From: Phormidesmis sp.
Lineage (GTDB): Bacteria > Cyanobacteriota > Cyanobacteriia > Leptolyngbyales > Leptolyngbyaceae
Assembly (NCBI GenBank): GCA_965248535.1
Contig: CBDFJR010000005.1
Span: 416,001 to 480,000, forward strand
Direction: 5' to 3'
DNA: 64,000 bases
Part shown: piece by piece, positions 29,942 through 39,647 of the stretch
Layout of the letters: every line of letters begins with the position of its first letter
Position numbering within the stretch: position 1 is the first letter of the stretch
Made by a program: the position numbers and the translations under genes
The notes under the pieces: model-generated
Databases searched by the model: none
What the model was told of the DNA's origin: nothing
Seen by the model: only the letters and a program-made list of their open reading frames with translations

Positions 29942-30976
29942 ATGGATGAACCTCTCGACCTACAGCAGCGCATTCAGGAATTGGAAAAAGCCAATCGAGT
30001 GCTTCAAAAAAAGTTGAGTCGCTCTGAGTGCAATCAGATGCGGCTAGAAGACAGTTATGAGACTAAGCAAAGGGTGTTGGGTCAAACCATTCAAGACTTA
30101 GAGCAGTCTCTCTCTGATCTTCAACAAACGCAAACTCAACTCGTGCAAAGTGAGAAAATGTCGGCTCTAGGAAACCTAGTCGCTGGCGTTGCTCACGAAA
30201 TCAACAACCCGGTGAGTTTTTTGTCTGGCAACCTTCAGCCTGCTCTCGGCTATATTAAAGACCTGTTTAATCTCATCGATTTATATCAACACGAATATCC
30301 GACTCCTAGTATTGCTATTCAAGACGCGATCGAGGAGATCGATCTAGAGTATATCCAAGAAGATCTGCCCAAGCTGCTGAAGTCTATGAAGGTAGGAATT
30401 CAGCGGATTCTTGACATCAGTATTAGTCTCAGAACATTTTCTAGAGCCGACAAAGATCGCCCCGTGTGCTTTAATCTCCATGATGGCATTGACAGCACGA
30501 TTCTGATTCTTCAGCATCGACTCAAGGCGAGCAGCGATCGTCCTGCTATTAAAGTCGTCACAGATTATGGACAGATTCCCACGATCGAGGGATTTCCGGG
30601 ACAGTTGAATCAGGTGTTTATGAATCTGCTTGCCAACGCAATTGATGCGCTAGAAGAAGTCGATCAGGATCGCTCCTGTGAAAACCAAAAATCAAATTTT
30701 AATCAAATCGAAATTAAAACTCAGCTTAATGAATCCGGCGATCGGGTCATGATTCAAATTCAAGATAATGGCATCGGCATGGCAGAAAGCATCAAACACC
30801 AGATTTTTGATCATCTGTTTACAACCAAAGCGATCGGCAAAGGAACTGGATTGGGGTTAGCGATCGCCTACCAAATTGTGGTGGAGAAACATGGGGGCGC
30901 GATCAAGGTCAACTCCAAGCTGGGCGAGGGCACTGAGTTTGTGATCACGCTCCCGGTCAAGGCTGGTTCACGCTAA
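29942..30976 (+). CDS. Cytoplasmic histidine kinase with only a coiled-coil N-terminus
   Basis: QSEKMSALG, AHEINNP, NLLANAIDA, DNGIG, GTGLGL; no TM or sensor domain. Confidence 0.92.
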   Translation: MDEPLDLQQRIQELEKANRVLQKKLSRSECNQMRLEDSYETKQRVLGQTIQDLEQSLSDLQQTQTQLVQSEKMSALGNLVAGVAHEINNPVSFLSGNLQPALGYIKDLFNLIDLYQHEYPTPSIAIQDAIEEIDLEYIQEDLPKLLKSMKVGIQRILDISISLRTFSRADKDRPVCFNLHDGIDSTILILQHRLKASSDRPAIKVVTDYGQIPTIEGFPGQLNQVFMNLLANAIDALEEVDQDRSCENQKSNFNQIEIKTQLNESGDRVMIQIQDNGIGMAESIKHQIFDHLFTTKAIGKGTGLGLAIAYQIVVEKHGGAIKVNSKLGEGTEFVITLPVKAGSR

Positions 30977-30991
30977 ACCGCGATCGCCCCA

Positions 30992-33900
30992 TCAAGCAGG
31001 CGTGTCGCCCTGGGTCTTCAAAACGGCTCCGGCTGGCTTCTGTCCGTTGCCCTGCAAAGCGGCAATTTTCTCTGATGAGGGTTGGTTTGACAAAGGAGGA
31101 GAACCTGGCGTTTGGGGCGGATCGGGGCGGTTCCCTTTGGTGAAAAACTCTGTGAGATTCTTGACCACCACATAAAGGACGGGCACCAGCAGCAGGCTTA
31201 AAACGACGGAGAGCGATAAGCCACCAAAGACGGCTGTGCCTAGCGATCGACGGCTGGCGGCTCCGGCTCCAGAGGCGAGCACTAAAGGCAAGAACCCAAC
31301 GAGAGACGCGATCGTGGTCATGAGAATCGGGCGGAGTCGCTGTTGGGCAGCGTGCAGCGCAGCTTGAGCGATCGTCATGCCCTTCTCTCGCGATTGGTTG
31401 GCAAATTCCACAATCAAAATGGCGTTTTTGCTCGCTAGCCCGATCAACATCACCAGCGCCACCTGACAGTAGAGATCATTGACCAAGCTGCGTGCTGAGA
31501 TGAAGAGCAGCGCCCCCAAAACAGCAAAGGGCACGGTCAGCAGAATAATAATCGGATCGATATAATTTTCATACTGCGCTGCCAAAATCAAGAACACCGC
31601 AATGATGCCGAGACCAAAGATCAAGAGAGTTTGTCCCCCAGACTTTGCCTCTTCTCTAGAAATCCCCGTCCAGTCATAGCCCAGCCCCGGTTGGTCAATC
31701 TCCTTAAACACCTGCTGCATAGCTTGGATCGCCTGCCCAGTGCTATAGCCAGGAGCGGCGCTGCCCTGAATTTTGATGGCTCGAAAGAGGTTAAAGTGGC
31801 TAATCGTTTGCGGGCCGGTGAGCGGAGTGATTTTAGCAATTTCATTGAGGCGCACTAGGTTGCCACTGCGGGAACGCACCTGAATTTGACTGATTTTGTC
31901 GGGAGAATCACGAAACTGTTCATCTGCCTGAATGTAAACCCGATAGCTGCGCTGAGAGAAGGTGAAATCGTTAACATATTGCCCACCCATATAAGCGCCA
32001 AACGTATTCATAGCCTGACCAAAATCGACATTGAGGGCTTGCAGGCGATCGCGATCGATATCAATCTCATATTGGGGAGTGCTGGCAGTAAACTGAGTGA
32101 ACACCTGACGCAAGATGGGGTTCTGATTGGCCTTGGCGATGATTTGTTGCGCGATCGCCAAAAATTGATCAATACTCAGTTGTCCGTTGGTGCGGTCTTG
32201 CAGTTGAAACTCAAAGCCGCCAGTCACGCCATAGCCAGAGACGGCGGGCAGGTTAGAGGTGATGATCAGCGCATCCTGATTTTGCATCAAAATTCCAGTC
32301 AGCCGTTTTACGATGCCATCGACCGAGTGTGCTTCACCCTGGCGCTCTTTCCAATCTTTCAGATTGACGAAAAACGTGCCTTGATTGGGGCCATTGCCAC
32401 TGAGACCAAAGCCAGGAATGATGATTGACGCTGCCATCTCAGGCACTTCTTTTTCTAACGTTTGGTAGACAGTCTGCGCCACCTTCTCGGTGGAAACCAG
32501 AGAAACTCCGTCAGGAGCCTGAATCAGTCCGACAAATACGCCCTGATCTTCGGCTGGGACAAAGCCATTGGGAACAGAAATATACACAAACACGGTTGCC
32601 GCCAATCCGAGCACAAACACTCCTACCACCACCATCCGAATGTGGATCAGGAATTTGCTCAGACGCTCATATTGCTCTAGCAGCCAGCGAAAACCTCGAT
32701 TGAACTGACGAAAAAACCAGCCCAACGGCCCGCGCCCTTCTCCTTCAGTGTGATGGAGGAAAAGCCCAGACATACTAGGAGTGAAACTGAGAGCATTGAA
32801 CAAGGAAATGCCGATCGAGAAGATAATAATCAGCGCAAACTGCCGATACATAATGCCCGTCGCGCCCGGAAAGAACGACACTGGGATAAACACCGCCATC
32901 AGCACCAAAGACGTGGCAACGACTGCGCCAGAAAGCTCCCCCATCGACTCAAACGCCGCCTGTCTGGGCGGCAAGCCCTGTTCCATTTTGGCCGTGATCC
33001 CTTCGACCACAATGATCGCATCATCTACGACCAAACCCGTTGCTAGCACCAGCGCAAACATGGTGAGAGTGTTCAGCGAGAAGCCTAGCGCGTAGGCGAT
33101 CGCCAGCGCCCCAATCAAAGAAACAGGAATAGCGACGGCTGGAATCAGGGTGGCACGCCAATCTTGCAAAAAGACGAAAATCACCAGCACCACGAGAGCG
33201 ATCGCTTCCATCAGTGTTGTGAGCACTTCTTCGATCGAGACTTCTACAAACTTGGTGGTGTCATAGGCAATGACGGCTTTCAAACCGGGCGGAAAGGTTT
33301 TTTCTGCCTCGGCGATCTGCGCTTCGACAGCTTTGGCAGTATTTAGCGCATTGCTGCCGGGAAGCTGATAGATCAACATTCCCACACCCGGTTTGCCCTG
33401 CACGAGTGCCGACGTGGTGTAGTCCTTTGCCCCTAGCTCGGCTCGGCCGACATCTTTGAGTTTGACCAAGGTGCCATCGGGTTGGGTCTTGATGACTAAG
33501 TTCTCAAATTCTCTGACATCTTTCAAGCGGCTGTTGATCCGCAAAGGGTAATTCGATTTCTGACTTGACTTGGTGGGCGCTTGCCCGATCGAGCCTGCCC
33601 CAACCTGGATATTTTGAGAAGTCAACGCATCGCTGACATCGGTGGGTGTCAAACTCCGACTGGCTAGCGCGTTGGGATCAAGCCACAGCCGCATGGCATA
33701 TTGCCGTTCTCCAATGATGGTGGCATCGCCCACACCCGGCACCCGCTTGATCGCGTCGGTGATATATAGGTCAACATAGTTACTCAAAAAAGTGCTGTCA
33801 TACTCTCCGTTTTCGGCATAGAAGCCATAGACCAGCAAAATGCTGTTGGAACGCGACAGGGTAGTGACTCCAGTTTGCCGCACCGAAGCGGGCAAGGTGG

Positions 33901-34252
33901 GTTCGGCGATCGCGGCTCGGTTCTGCACGTTGACTTGATTAAGGTTGCGGTTGCTGGCTGGGTCAAACAGGGTCGAAATCGTGCTGGAGCCATCGTTTCC
34001 ACTGGTGGAGGTGATGTATTGCATCCCTTCTACCCCGTTGACCTGCCGCTCAATGAGCCGAGAGACGGTATCTTCAACCGTTTGGGCATCGGCCCCGATC
34101 GAGGTGCTGGTGGTTTGGATCTGAATGGGGGCAATATCGGGCAAGTTGTTGATCGGCAGCAAGGGAATGCAAATCGCCCCCAGCAGCAGAATTAGTAGGG
34201 TGCAAACGGTTGATAGAACTGGTCGCTTGATGAAGGTATCGGCGATCGACAT
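30992..34252 (-). CDS. RND efflux permease (HAE1, AcrB-like)
   Basis: FIKRP N-terminus, GLVVDDAIIVVE, GLASKNAILIVEFA, RLRPILMT. Confidence 0.96.
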   Translation of the reverse strand: MSIADTFIKRPVLSTVCTLLILLLGAICIPLLPINNLPDIAPIQIQTTSTSIGADAQTVEDTVSRLIERQVNGVEGMQYITSTSGNDGSSTISTLFDPASNRNLNQVNVQNRAAIAEPTLPASVRQTGVTTLSRSNSILLVYGFYAENGEYDSTFLSNYVDLYITDAIKRVPGVGDATIIGERQYAMRLWLDPNALASRSLTPTDVSDALTSQNIQVGAGSIGQAPTKSSQKSNYPLRINSRLKDVREFENLVIKTQPDGTLVKLKDVGRAELGAKDYTTSALVQGKPGVGMLIYQLPGSNALNTAKAVEAQIAEAEKTFPPGLKAVIAYDTTKFVEVSIEEVLTTLMEAIALVVLVIFVFLQDWRATLIPAVAIPVSLIGALAIAYALGFSLNTLTMFALVLATGLVVDDAIIVVEGITAKMEQGLPPRQAAFESMGELSGAVVATSLVLMAVFIPVSFFPGATGIMYRQFALIIIFSIGISLFNALSFTPSMSGLFLHHTEGEGRGPLGWFFRQFNRGFRWLLEQYERLSKFLIHIRMVVVGVFVLGLAATVFVYISVPNGFVPAEDQGVFVGLIQAPDGVSLVSTEKVAQTVYQTLEKEVPEMAASIIIPGFGLSGNGPNQGTFFVNLKDWKERQGEAHSVDGIVKRLTGILMQNQDALIITSNLPAVSGYGVTGGFEFQLQDRTNGQLSIDQFLAIAQQIIAKANQNPILRQVFTQFTASTPQYEIDIDRDRLQALNVDFGQAMNTFGAYMGGQYVNDFTFSQRSYRVYIQADEQFRDSPDKISQIQVRSRSGNLVRLNEIAKITPLTGPQTISHFNLFRAIKIQGSAAPGYSTGQAIQAMQQVFKEIDQPGLGYDWTGISREEAKSGGQTLLIFGLGIIAVFLILAAQYENYIDPIIILLTVPFAVLGALLFISARSLVNDLYCQVALVMLIGLASKNAILIVEFANQSREKGMTIAQAALHAAQQRLRPILMTTIASLVGFLPLVLASGAGAASRRSLGTAVFGGLSLSVVLSLLLVPVLYVVVKNLTEFFTKGNRPDPPQTPGSPPLSNQPSSEKIAALQGNGQKPAGAVLKTQGDTPA

Positions 34253-34275
34253 CGTGATTTGCTCCTAAGTTGTTC

Positions 34276-35655
34276 CTAAGTTTGCGGTTGGATGGGTGCG
34301 CCGTCCCGGAGCTTGAGAATATTGGAGATGGCCACGCGATCGCCCGCTTTGATGCCGTCCAAAATGGGGTAGCGATCGTTTTGCACATCGCCCAACTTCA
34401 CGGGTTTCTGATGCACCACAAATTGCGGTTTTTCCTTAGACTTGTCTTCTTCCACCATGTAGACAAAACTCTGTCCACCGACGCGATTCACCGCAACCGT
34501 CGGAATTAAAATTCCGGGCTGCTGGTTCCAGATAATGCGGGCGCGGACATATTGCCCATCTCGCAATTTGCCATCAGTGTTGTTAAATCGAGCTTTCACC
34601 AAAATTGATTGAGCATCAGCATTGATTTGAGGCGAGATGAAGCTAATGCTGCCCCTCGTTAACTGTTTCCCGGTGTCAGCATCCAGCAGTTCTACGGGCA
34701 AGCCCTGACGCAGTTGATTGAGATTATTAGAGGGCACCGAAATTCGCATATCCAGCGCATCATTTTTGATGATCGAGGTTAGGGTTGTTCCCACATTGAC
34801 GTAATCGCCCGTTTTGAGCGAGAAATCGCCCACAATGCCATCGATCGGTGCAACAACCTGCTTTTGATTCAGGTTCACTTGCGTTGAGGCAACTTGAGCC
34901 TGGGCTTGATCTACGTTGGACTGTGCCTGATTGATGCTGGCTTGGCTAGCATTCACCTGTTTGTCAGCCGCTGCTAGGGCTGCGATCGTGGTCTCTAAAT
35001 TGTTTTGAGCAATGTCTAGCTGTTGCCGCGTCTGTGCGCCTTCAGACACCAGATATTGGGTGCGCTTAAACTCTGCTTGCTGGAGTTTCACATCGGATGC
35101 TGCTTTGGCGCGATCGGCTTGTTTTGAGGCAAGCTGCGCCTCGGCGGTGGCGACTGCTGCCCGGTTGGAGTTAACGACCGCAATGGCGCTGCTGACATCG
35201 GATTTTGTTTGATCCAAACTCAGGGTCAAAATCGGTGTGCCTTGGCTGACCCGATCGCCGCTGGCAACCAACACGCGATCGATGCGTCCCTGAATTTGAG
35301 GTTGCAGCGAGACGCGCTCTTGGGCTTCTAGCTTGCCAACAAACTCAGCCGTCGATTGCACTTGACTTGACTCAATCGTCTGCACTTTGACTGGGAGGGG
35401 TGGCGGAGCTTGGGCGGCAGGTGGGCGACTGCTCAACGATCGCCAGCCCACAAAGCCGCCTCCGAGCACAAAAACGGTCAGGGTTCCCCAAAGCCAGACT
35501 TGGCGCGATCGGGGTCGTTTAGCTATTTTCTCATCAGGTTGATGGGGATCGGTGGAGGCTGAACCCAAATCAGCGTCGGTTGCAACACTGCCTTCAGCTT
35601 GACGGGGATGATCCACTTGAGCAGCATTGGAGGGGTTTGCGCGATCGGGGGACAT
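34276..35655 (-). CDS. RND periplasmic adaptor (membrane fusion protein)
   Basis: N-terminal TM, lipoyl halves (GRIDRVLVASGDRV, APIDGIV), coiled-coil hairpin. Confidence 0.93.
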   Translation of the reverse strand: MSPDRANPSNAAQVDHPRQAEGSVATDADLGSASTDPHQPDEKIAKRPRSRQVWLWGTLTVFVLGGGFVGWRSLSSRPPAAQAPPPLPVKVQTIESSQVQSTAEFVGKLEAQERVSLQPQIQGRIDRVLVASGDRVSQGTPILTLSLDQTKSDVSSAIAVVNSNRAAVATAEAQLASKQADRAKAASDVKLQQAEFKRTQYLVSEGAQTRQQLDIAQNNLETTIAALAAADKQVNASQASINQAQSNVDQAQAQVASTQVNLNQKQVVAPIDGIVGDFSLKTGDYVNVGTTLTSIIKNDALDMRISVPSNNLNQLRQGLPVELLDADTGKQLTRGSISFISPQINADAQSILVKARFNNTDGKLRDGQYVRARIIWNQQPGILIPTVAVNRVGGQSFVYMVEEDKSKEKPQFVVHQKPVKLGDVQNDRYPILDGIKAGDRVAISNILKLRDGAPIQPQT

Positions 35656-36079
35656 AAAACAACTGCCTCAACTAAATGTTTATAAAACAATGATTCATGA
35701 CGCTAATACTGGAGTGTTCAAGAAATAAACAGTTCCTCCAAATAGATAGATTAATCATTCAAAAAACACCCTGTTTCATTGGATCGAAAATAAATATAAC
35801 TCCGGTCAAGCGCCTGTGCTGTCAACATTTCAATCAATTTTATTTAACGCTGAAACTCTCTTTCAGCCAGGCTTTTTACTAGTTTTGTTCAGGGTTAATC
35901 ATTGCGTTTAGGTGACAGTTGCCAAATTCTTTCTAAGGTTTGAATTTGTTGCTGCTGACGCTTGCGTTAAAAAAACCGTCAGCCGCTGCAAAAAATTGGT
36001 AAGGCACAATTAGACGAACGTGTTGGAGATCAGCCTTGAGTTGAATAACTAACCAACATTTCTGCTAGCATCATGCAAA

Positions 36080-36133
36080 ACGAAACTGTTTTGTCTTGCA
36101 TGTCATAAAACTAGACGAAACAGTTTTGTCTTG
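36080..36133. promoter_or_regulatory. Duplicated imperfect palindromic operator upstream of TetR
   Basis: ACGAAAC(T/A)GTTTTGTCTTG at 36080-36098 and 36115-36133; AGACGAAAC-A-GTTTTGTCT dyad. Confidence 0.7.
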
Positions 36134-36164
36134 TCAAGCGTTAGACTATAAATCAGTCCATAGG

Positions 36165-36821
36165 ATGAGTTGGGTGACCAATCAGGGAAATGAAGTGATC
36201 AGTAAAGTCAATAGGGTCGATCGGGAATTATCTCCCGCAAAAAATGAAGCGATTTTGCAGGGAGCGATGCAGGAGTTTCTAGAGCATGGCTATGCCGGAG
36301 CTAGAATCGATAAAATTGTTGCCGCCGCAGGAGTTTCTAAAGCGACGGTCTACCGCCACTTTGCCGATAAAGAAGCGTTGTTTACCGCCCTGATTCAACG
36401 CATGGCGGGCAAAGCTAACCTGTTTCAGCAAGACGATTTTCTACGCTTGCAGGCAGACCCGACGGTTTTCTTAAAACAGCTTGCTACGTGTATGTTAGAC
36501 ACGATGGTGCAAAACTCGTCAGAGCTAACGCTGCTCAGAATCATCATTGGTGAGTCAGGACGGTTTCCAACATTGGCTCAGGTATTTGTTCAAACGATTG
36601 AAAAACCAAATCTTGAGTTTTTGACGCAATATTTTGCGAATCACCCTGAGCTTCAGATTGCTGATCCTGAAGTGGCAGCCCGAACTTTTATCGGCACGCT
36701 AGTCCATTTTGTGATTACGCGAGATCTGCTGCACGGCAAAGAAGTGATGCCAATGGAGAGCGATCGCTTAGTCAATGGCTTGCTGAGTCTGCTTCTTGCC
36801 AATGCTCAAAGCCATGAGTGA
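36165..36821 (+). CDS. TetR/AcrR-family regulator divergent from the RND pump
   Basis: ARIDKIVAAAGVSKATVYRHFADKEALF HTH; IIGESGRFP C-domain; start uncertain. Confidence 0.92.
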   Translation: MSWVTNQGNEVISKVNRVDRELSPAKNEAILQGAMQEFLEHGYAGARIDKIVAAAGVSKATVYRHFADKEALFTALIQRMAGKANLFQQDDFLRLQADPTVFLKQLATCMLDTMVQNSSELTLLRIIIGESGRFPTLAQVFVQTIEKPNLEFLTQYFANHPELQIADPEVAARTFIGTLVHFVITRDLLHGKEVMPMESDRLVNGLLSLLLANAQSHE

Positions 36822-36892
36822 GTCGGGTCGTTTTCGCAAGAATGCTGAACCATAGGTAGTCTGATGAGAATGGCTGATCTAGCCCAGACGCT

Positions 36893-37978
36893 TTAGGTGG
36901 GGTGAACTCTTTGCCCAGTCGTGGGGTCAAACAGAAAAAGTTGGTCTAGATCTAGCGCTAGCGGCAGCCGATCGCCCACCCTTAACCGCACCGTTGGGCT
37001 AACTTGCATGGTCAGCGTTGTTTTGGGCGATCGGGCTTCAAACTCCAACTCGGCTCTAATCAAGATCTCTCGCCCCAACGGTTCGACGACGCTGACTTGG
37101 GTGCTGAGATGAACCTGATCGCTGATATGAAGATGCTCAGGACGGATGCCCAGATCGAAGGACTGTCCATTGTGCAGAGACGTTTGCAGCGCCAACGGGC
37201 AGGGAATGCGCTGTCCTTGAATGTGAAAGGCTTTCTCCTGATAGATAACGGGCAAAATATTCATCGGCGGATTGCCCAAAAAAGTAGCAACCATGCGGTT
37301 CTCAGGCTGGGCATAAACGCTTTGGGGGTCGCCCATCTGCTGAATCTTGCCCCGGTCTAAAATCACAATTTGATCGGCGAGAGTCATTGCCTCGACCTGA
37401 TCGTGGGTGACATAGATTGTGGTGATGCCCACCTGTTGGTGCAGTTGCTTAAGCTCAGAGCGGGTGCCGTCGCGCAGTTGAGCATCTAAATTAGACAGCG
37501 GCTCATCGAGGAGAAACACCTGAGGCTGACGGGCGATCGCTCGCCCCAACGCGACTCGCTGCTGCTGACCGCCAGAAAGTTGCCGAGGTTTGCGATTTAA
37601 CAAATGGCTGATGTCTAAAATTTGCGCGATCGTCGCCACCCGTTCTTGCTGAATTTTGGCATCGACTTGACGCATCTTTAGCCCAAACCCCAAATTCTCA
37701 GCGACCGTCATGTGGGGGTAGAGCGCGTAGTTTTGAAACACCATAGCCACATCGCGCTGACGAGCCGGAATCTGATTGACCCGGCGATCGCCGATGTAGA
37801 GATCGCCAGAGGTTGCCGACTCTAACCCAGCGATCGTTCTCAAAATCGTAGATTTGCCGCAGCCAGACGGGCCGACCAGCACCCAAAATTGACCATCAGG
37901 CACCTCAAAGGTGATATCTGCGATCGCCACCGACTGCTCAAATCGTCGCGTGATGCCGTCTAGCTTAACTCTTGCCAT
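36893..37978 (-). CDS. MalK/UgpC-type carbohydrate ABC ATPase
   Basis: GPSGCGKST, VFQNYALYPH, LSGGQQQR, YVTHDQVEAM, C-terminal GIRPE TOBE region. Confidence 0.94.
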   Translation of the reverse strand: MARVKLDGITRRFEQSVAIADITFEVPDGQFWVLVGPSGCGKSTILRTIAGLESATSGDLYIGDRRVNQIPARQRDVAMVFQNYALYPHMTVAENLGFGLKMRQVDAKIQQERVATIAQILDISHLLNRKPRQLSGGQQQRVALGRAIARQPQVFLLDEPLSNLDAQLRDGTRSELKQLHQQVGITTIYVTHDQVEAMTLADQIVILDRGKIQQMGDPQSVYAQPENRMVATFLGNPPMNILPVIYQEKAFHIQGQRIPCPLALQTSLHNGQSFDLGIRPEHLHISDQVHLSTQVSVVEPLGREILIRAELEFEARSPKTTLTMQVSPTVRLRVGDRLPLALDLDQLFLFDPTTGQRVHPT

Positions 37979-38145
37979 AAAAACTAGTTTGTCAACTTTT
38001 TGTCGATTTTCTATCTCTAGACCATAAGTGATTGGTTGTTAAGAATCAATCGGCTAATAAAAACGATAATTTAGCATCCATTTCAAGGTAGATTGTTTAT
38101 TTATTAACAGAGATTAAGCCAGTTAGCAAAGGCTTCTCTGAGAGT

Positions 38146-38544
38146 GTGTTGTTAGGTAAGGCTGAAGGACTCGATCATTTGCAGGTATTAATTGTTGAAG
38201 ATGAAGCAGTTACTAGAACCGCTCTGGTCGTATTGCTAGAACATCAAGGAGCAACTGTCGTTGCGGTTGGCTCGGTCAAAGAAGGCCAAGAGGCATTGAT
38301 GAGGTTTCGACCCGATATTTTGATTAGCAATTTTCGGCTACCTGATGGCAATGGTGCAGATGTTTTGCACAGGTTGAGAGAGCATGATGCCAAATTGGGA
38401 ACCGTGACTCCGGCGATCGCTCTGTCGGGAGAGGTGCCCGAAACGCTGCAAACGGCTTCGGGGTCGGCGGGGTTTAATCTCTATATCTCAAAGCCGTTTA
38501 ACTCTCAGGCGTTAGTGACCGCGATCGGGCAATTGTTGAGTTGA
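38146..38544 (+). CDS. Single-domain receiver protein with Asn at the phosphoacceptor position
   Basis: VLIVEDE, PDILISNFRLPDGNG, IALSG, YISKPF. Confidence 0.85.
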   Translation: MLLGKAEGLDHLQVLIVEDEAVTRTALVVLLEHQGATVVAVGSVKEGQEALMRFRPDILISNFRLPDGNGADVLHRLREHDAKLGTVTPAIALSGEVPETLQTASGSAGFNLYISKPFNSQALVTAIGQLLS

Positions 38545-38635
38545 TCGTTTCGACAAATTCCTGCTCTGATTCAGCAATGCCCGTTCAGAGCAGTGGTAGA
38601 GTTGCAGAAACGTGGCGCTGTTGGCGATCGATGCG

Positions 38636-39646
38636 ATGGGGGCATATCTTTTCAAGCGGATTCTCGGTTTAGTGCCTGTGCTGTTGGGCATTACGCTGGC
38701 GGTTTTTTTGCTTTTGCGGTTTATTCCTGGCGACCCGGCGATCGTGCTGGCGGGTGAACGGGCAACTCCCGATCAAGTTGCTGCCCTGAGAGAACAACTT
38801 GGACTCAACCAGCCGTTGTTCGTTCAATATTTTGCTTTTTTAGGAAACCTGTTGCAGTTAAATCTGGGCAACAGCTTAATTAGCGGCATTCCGGTAATCG
38901 ATGAAATCAAAACCCGATGGACGGCGACCTTTGAGTTGACGATCGCGGCCCTAGCGATCGCGACCTCAGTCGGCATTCCGGCGGGGGTGGTCGCGGCGGT
39001 TCGCAAAGATCGCTGGCTCGATCAAGTGCTGATGGCGGGTTCGCTGTTGGGGGTTTCGATTCCGGTTTATTGGTTGGGGCTGCTGCTGGTCTATCTGTTT
39101 GCTGTCACTCTCAACTGGCTGCCGCCTAGCGGACGCATCAGCACCGAAATCGGACTGAGTTTTCAGCCAATCACGGGATTTTATGTGCTGGATGCCTTGC
39201 TGAGATTGAATTGGACTGTTTTAGGAGATGTCGTCGCTCACCTAGTCTTGCCAGCGCTAACGTTGAGCACAATTCCGTTAGCGATCGTGGCCCGCATCAC
39301 TCGCAGCGCCATGCTAGAGGTGTTGACTCAAGATTATATTCGCACTGCCAGAGCCAAGGGGTTGCCCGATCGCCTCGTGATTTTTCGTCATGCGCTTAAG
39401 AATGCGCTGCTGCCGATCAACACCACGATCGGGCTACAGTTTGGCACGCTGCTGGGGGGCGCAATTCTCACGGAAACTATTTTTTCGTGGTCGGGCATTG
39501 GCTCTTGGGTTTATGAAGGCATTTTGGCGCGAGACTATCCGGTGGTGCAGGGTGGGGTGGTGTTTATTGCGGGGGCGTTTGTGGTGATCAATCTGCTTGT
39601 AGATTTGTCTTATGCCTGGGTTGATCCGAGAATTCGATACCGCTGA
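38636..39646 (+). CDS. Peptide/nickel ABC permease (DppB/OppB-like)
   Basis: PGDPA, LGLNQPL, TRSAMLEVLTQDYIRTARAKG, RDYPVVQG, DPRIR. Confidence 0.92.
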   Translation: MGAYLFKRILGLVPVLLGITLAVFLLLRFIPGDPAIVLAGERATPDQVAALREQLGLNQPLFVQYFAFLGNLLQLNLGNSLISGIPVIDEIKTRWTATFELTIAALAIATSVGIPAGVVAAVRKDRWLDQVLMAGSLLGVSIPVYWLGLLLVYLFAVTLNWLPPSGRISTEIGLSFQPITGFYVLDALLRLNWTVLGDVVAHLVLPALTLSTIPLAIVARITRSAMLEVLTQDYIRTARAKGLPDRLVIFRHALKNALLPINTTIGLQFGTLLGGAILTETIFSWSGIGSWVYEGILARDYPVVQGGVVFIAGAFVVINLLVDLSYAWVDPRIRYR

Positions 39647-39647
39647 T

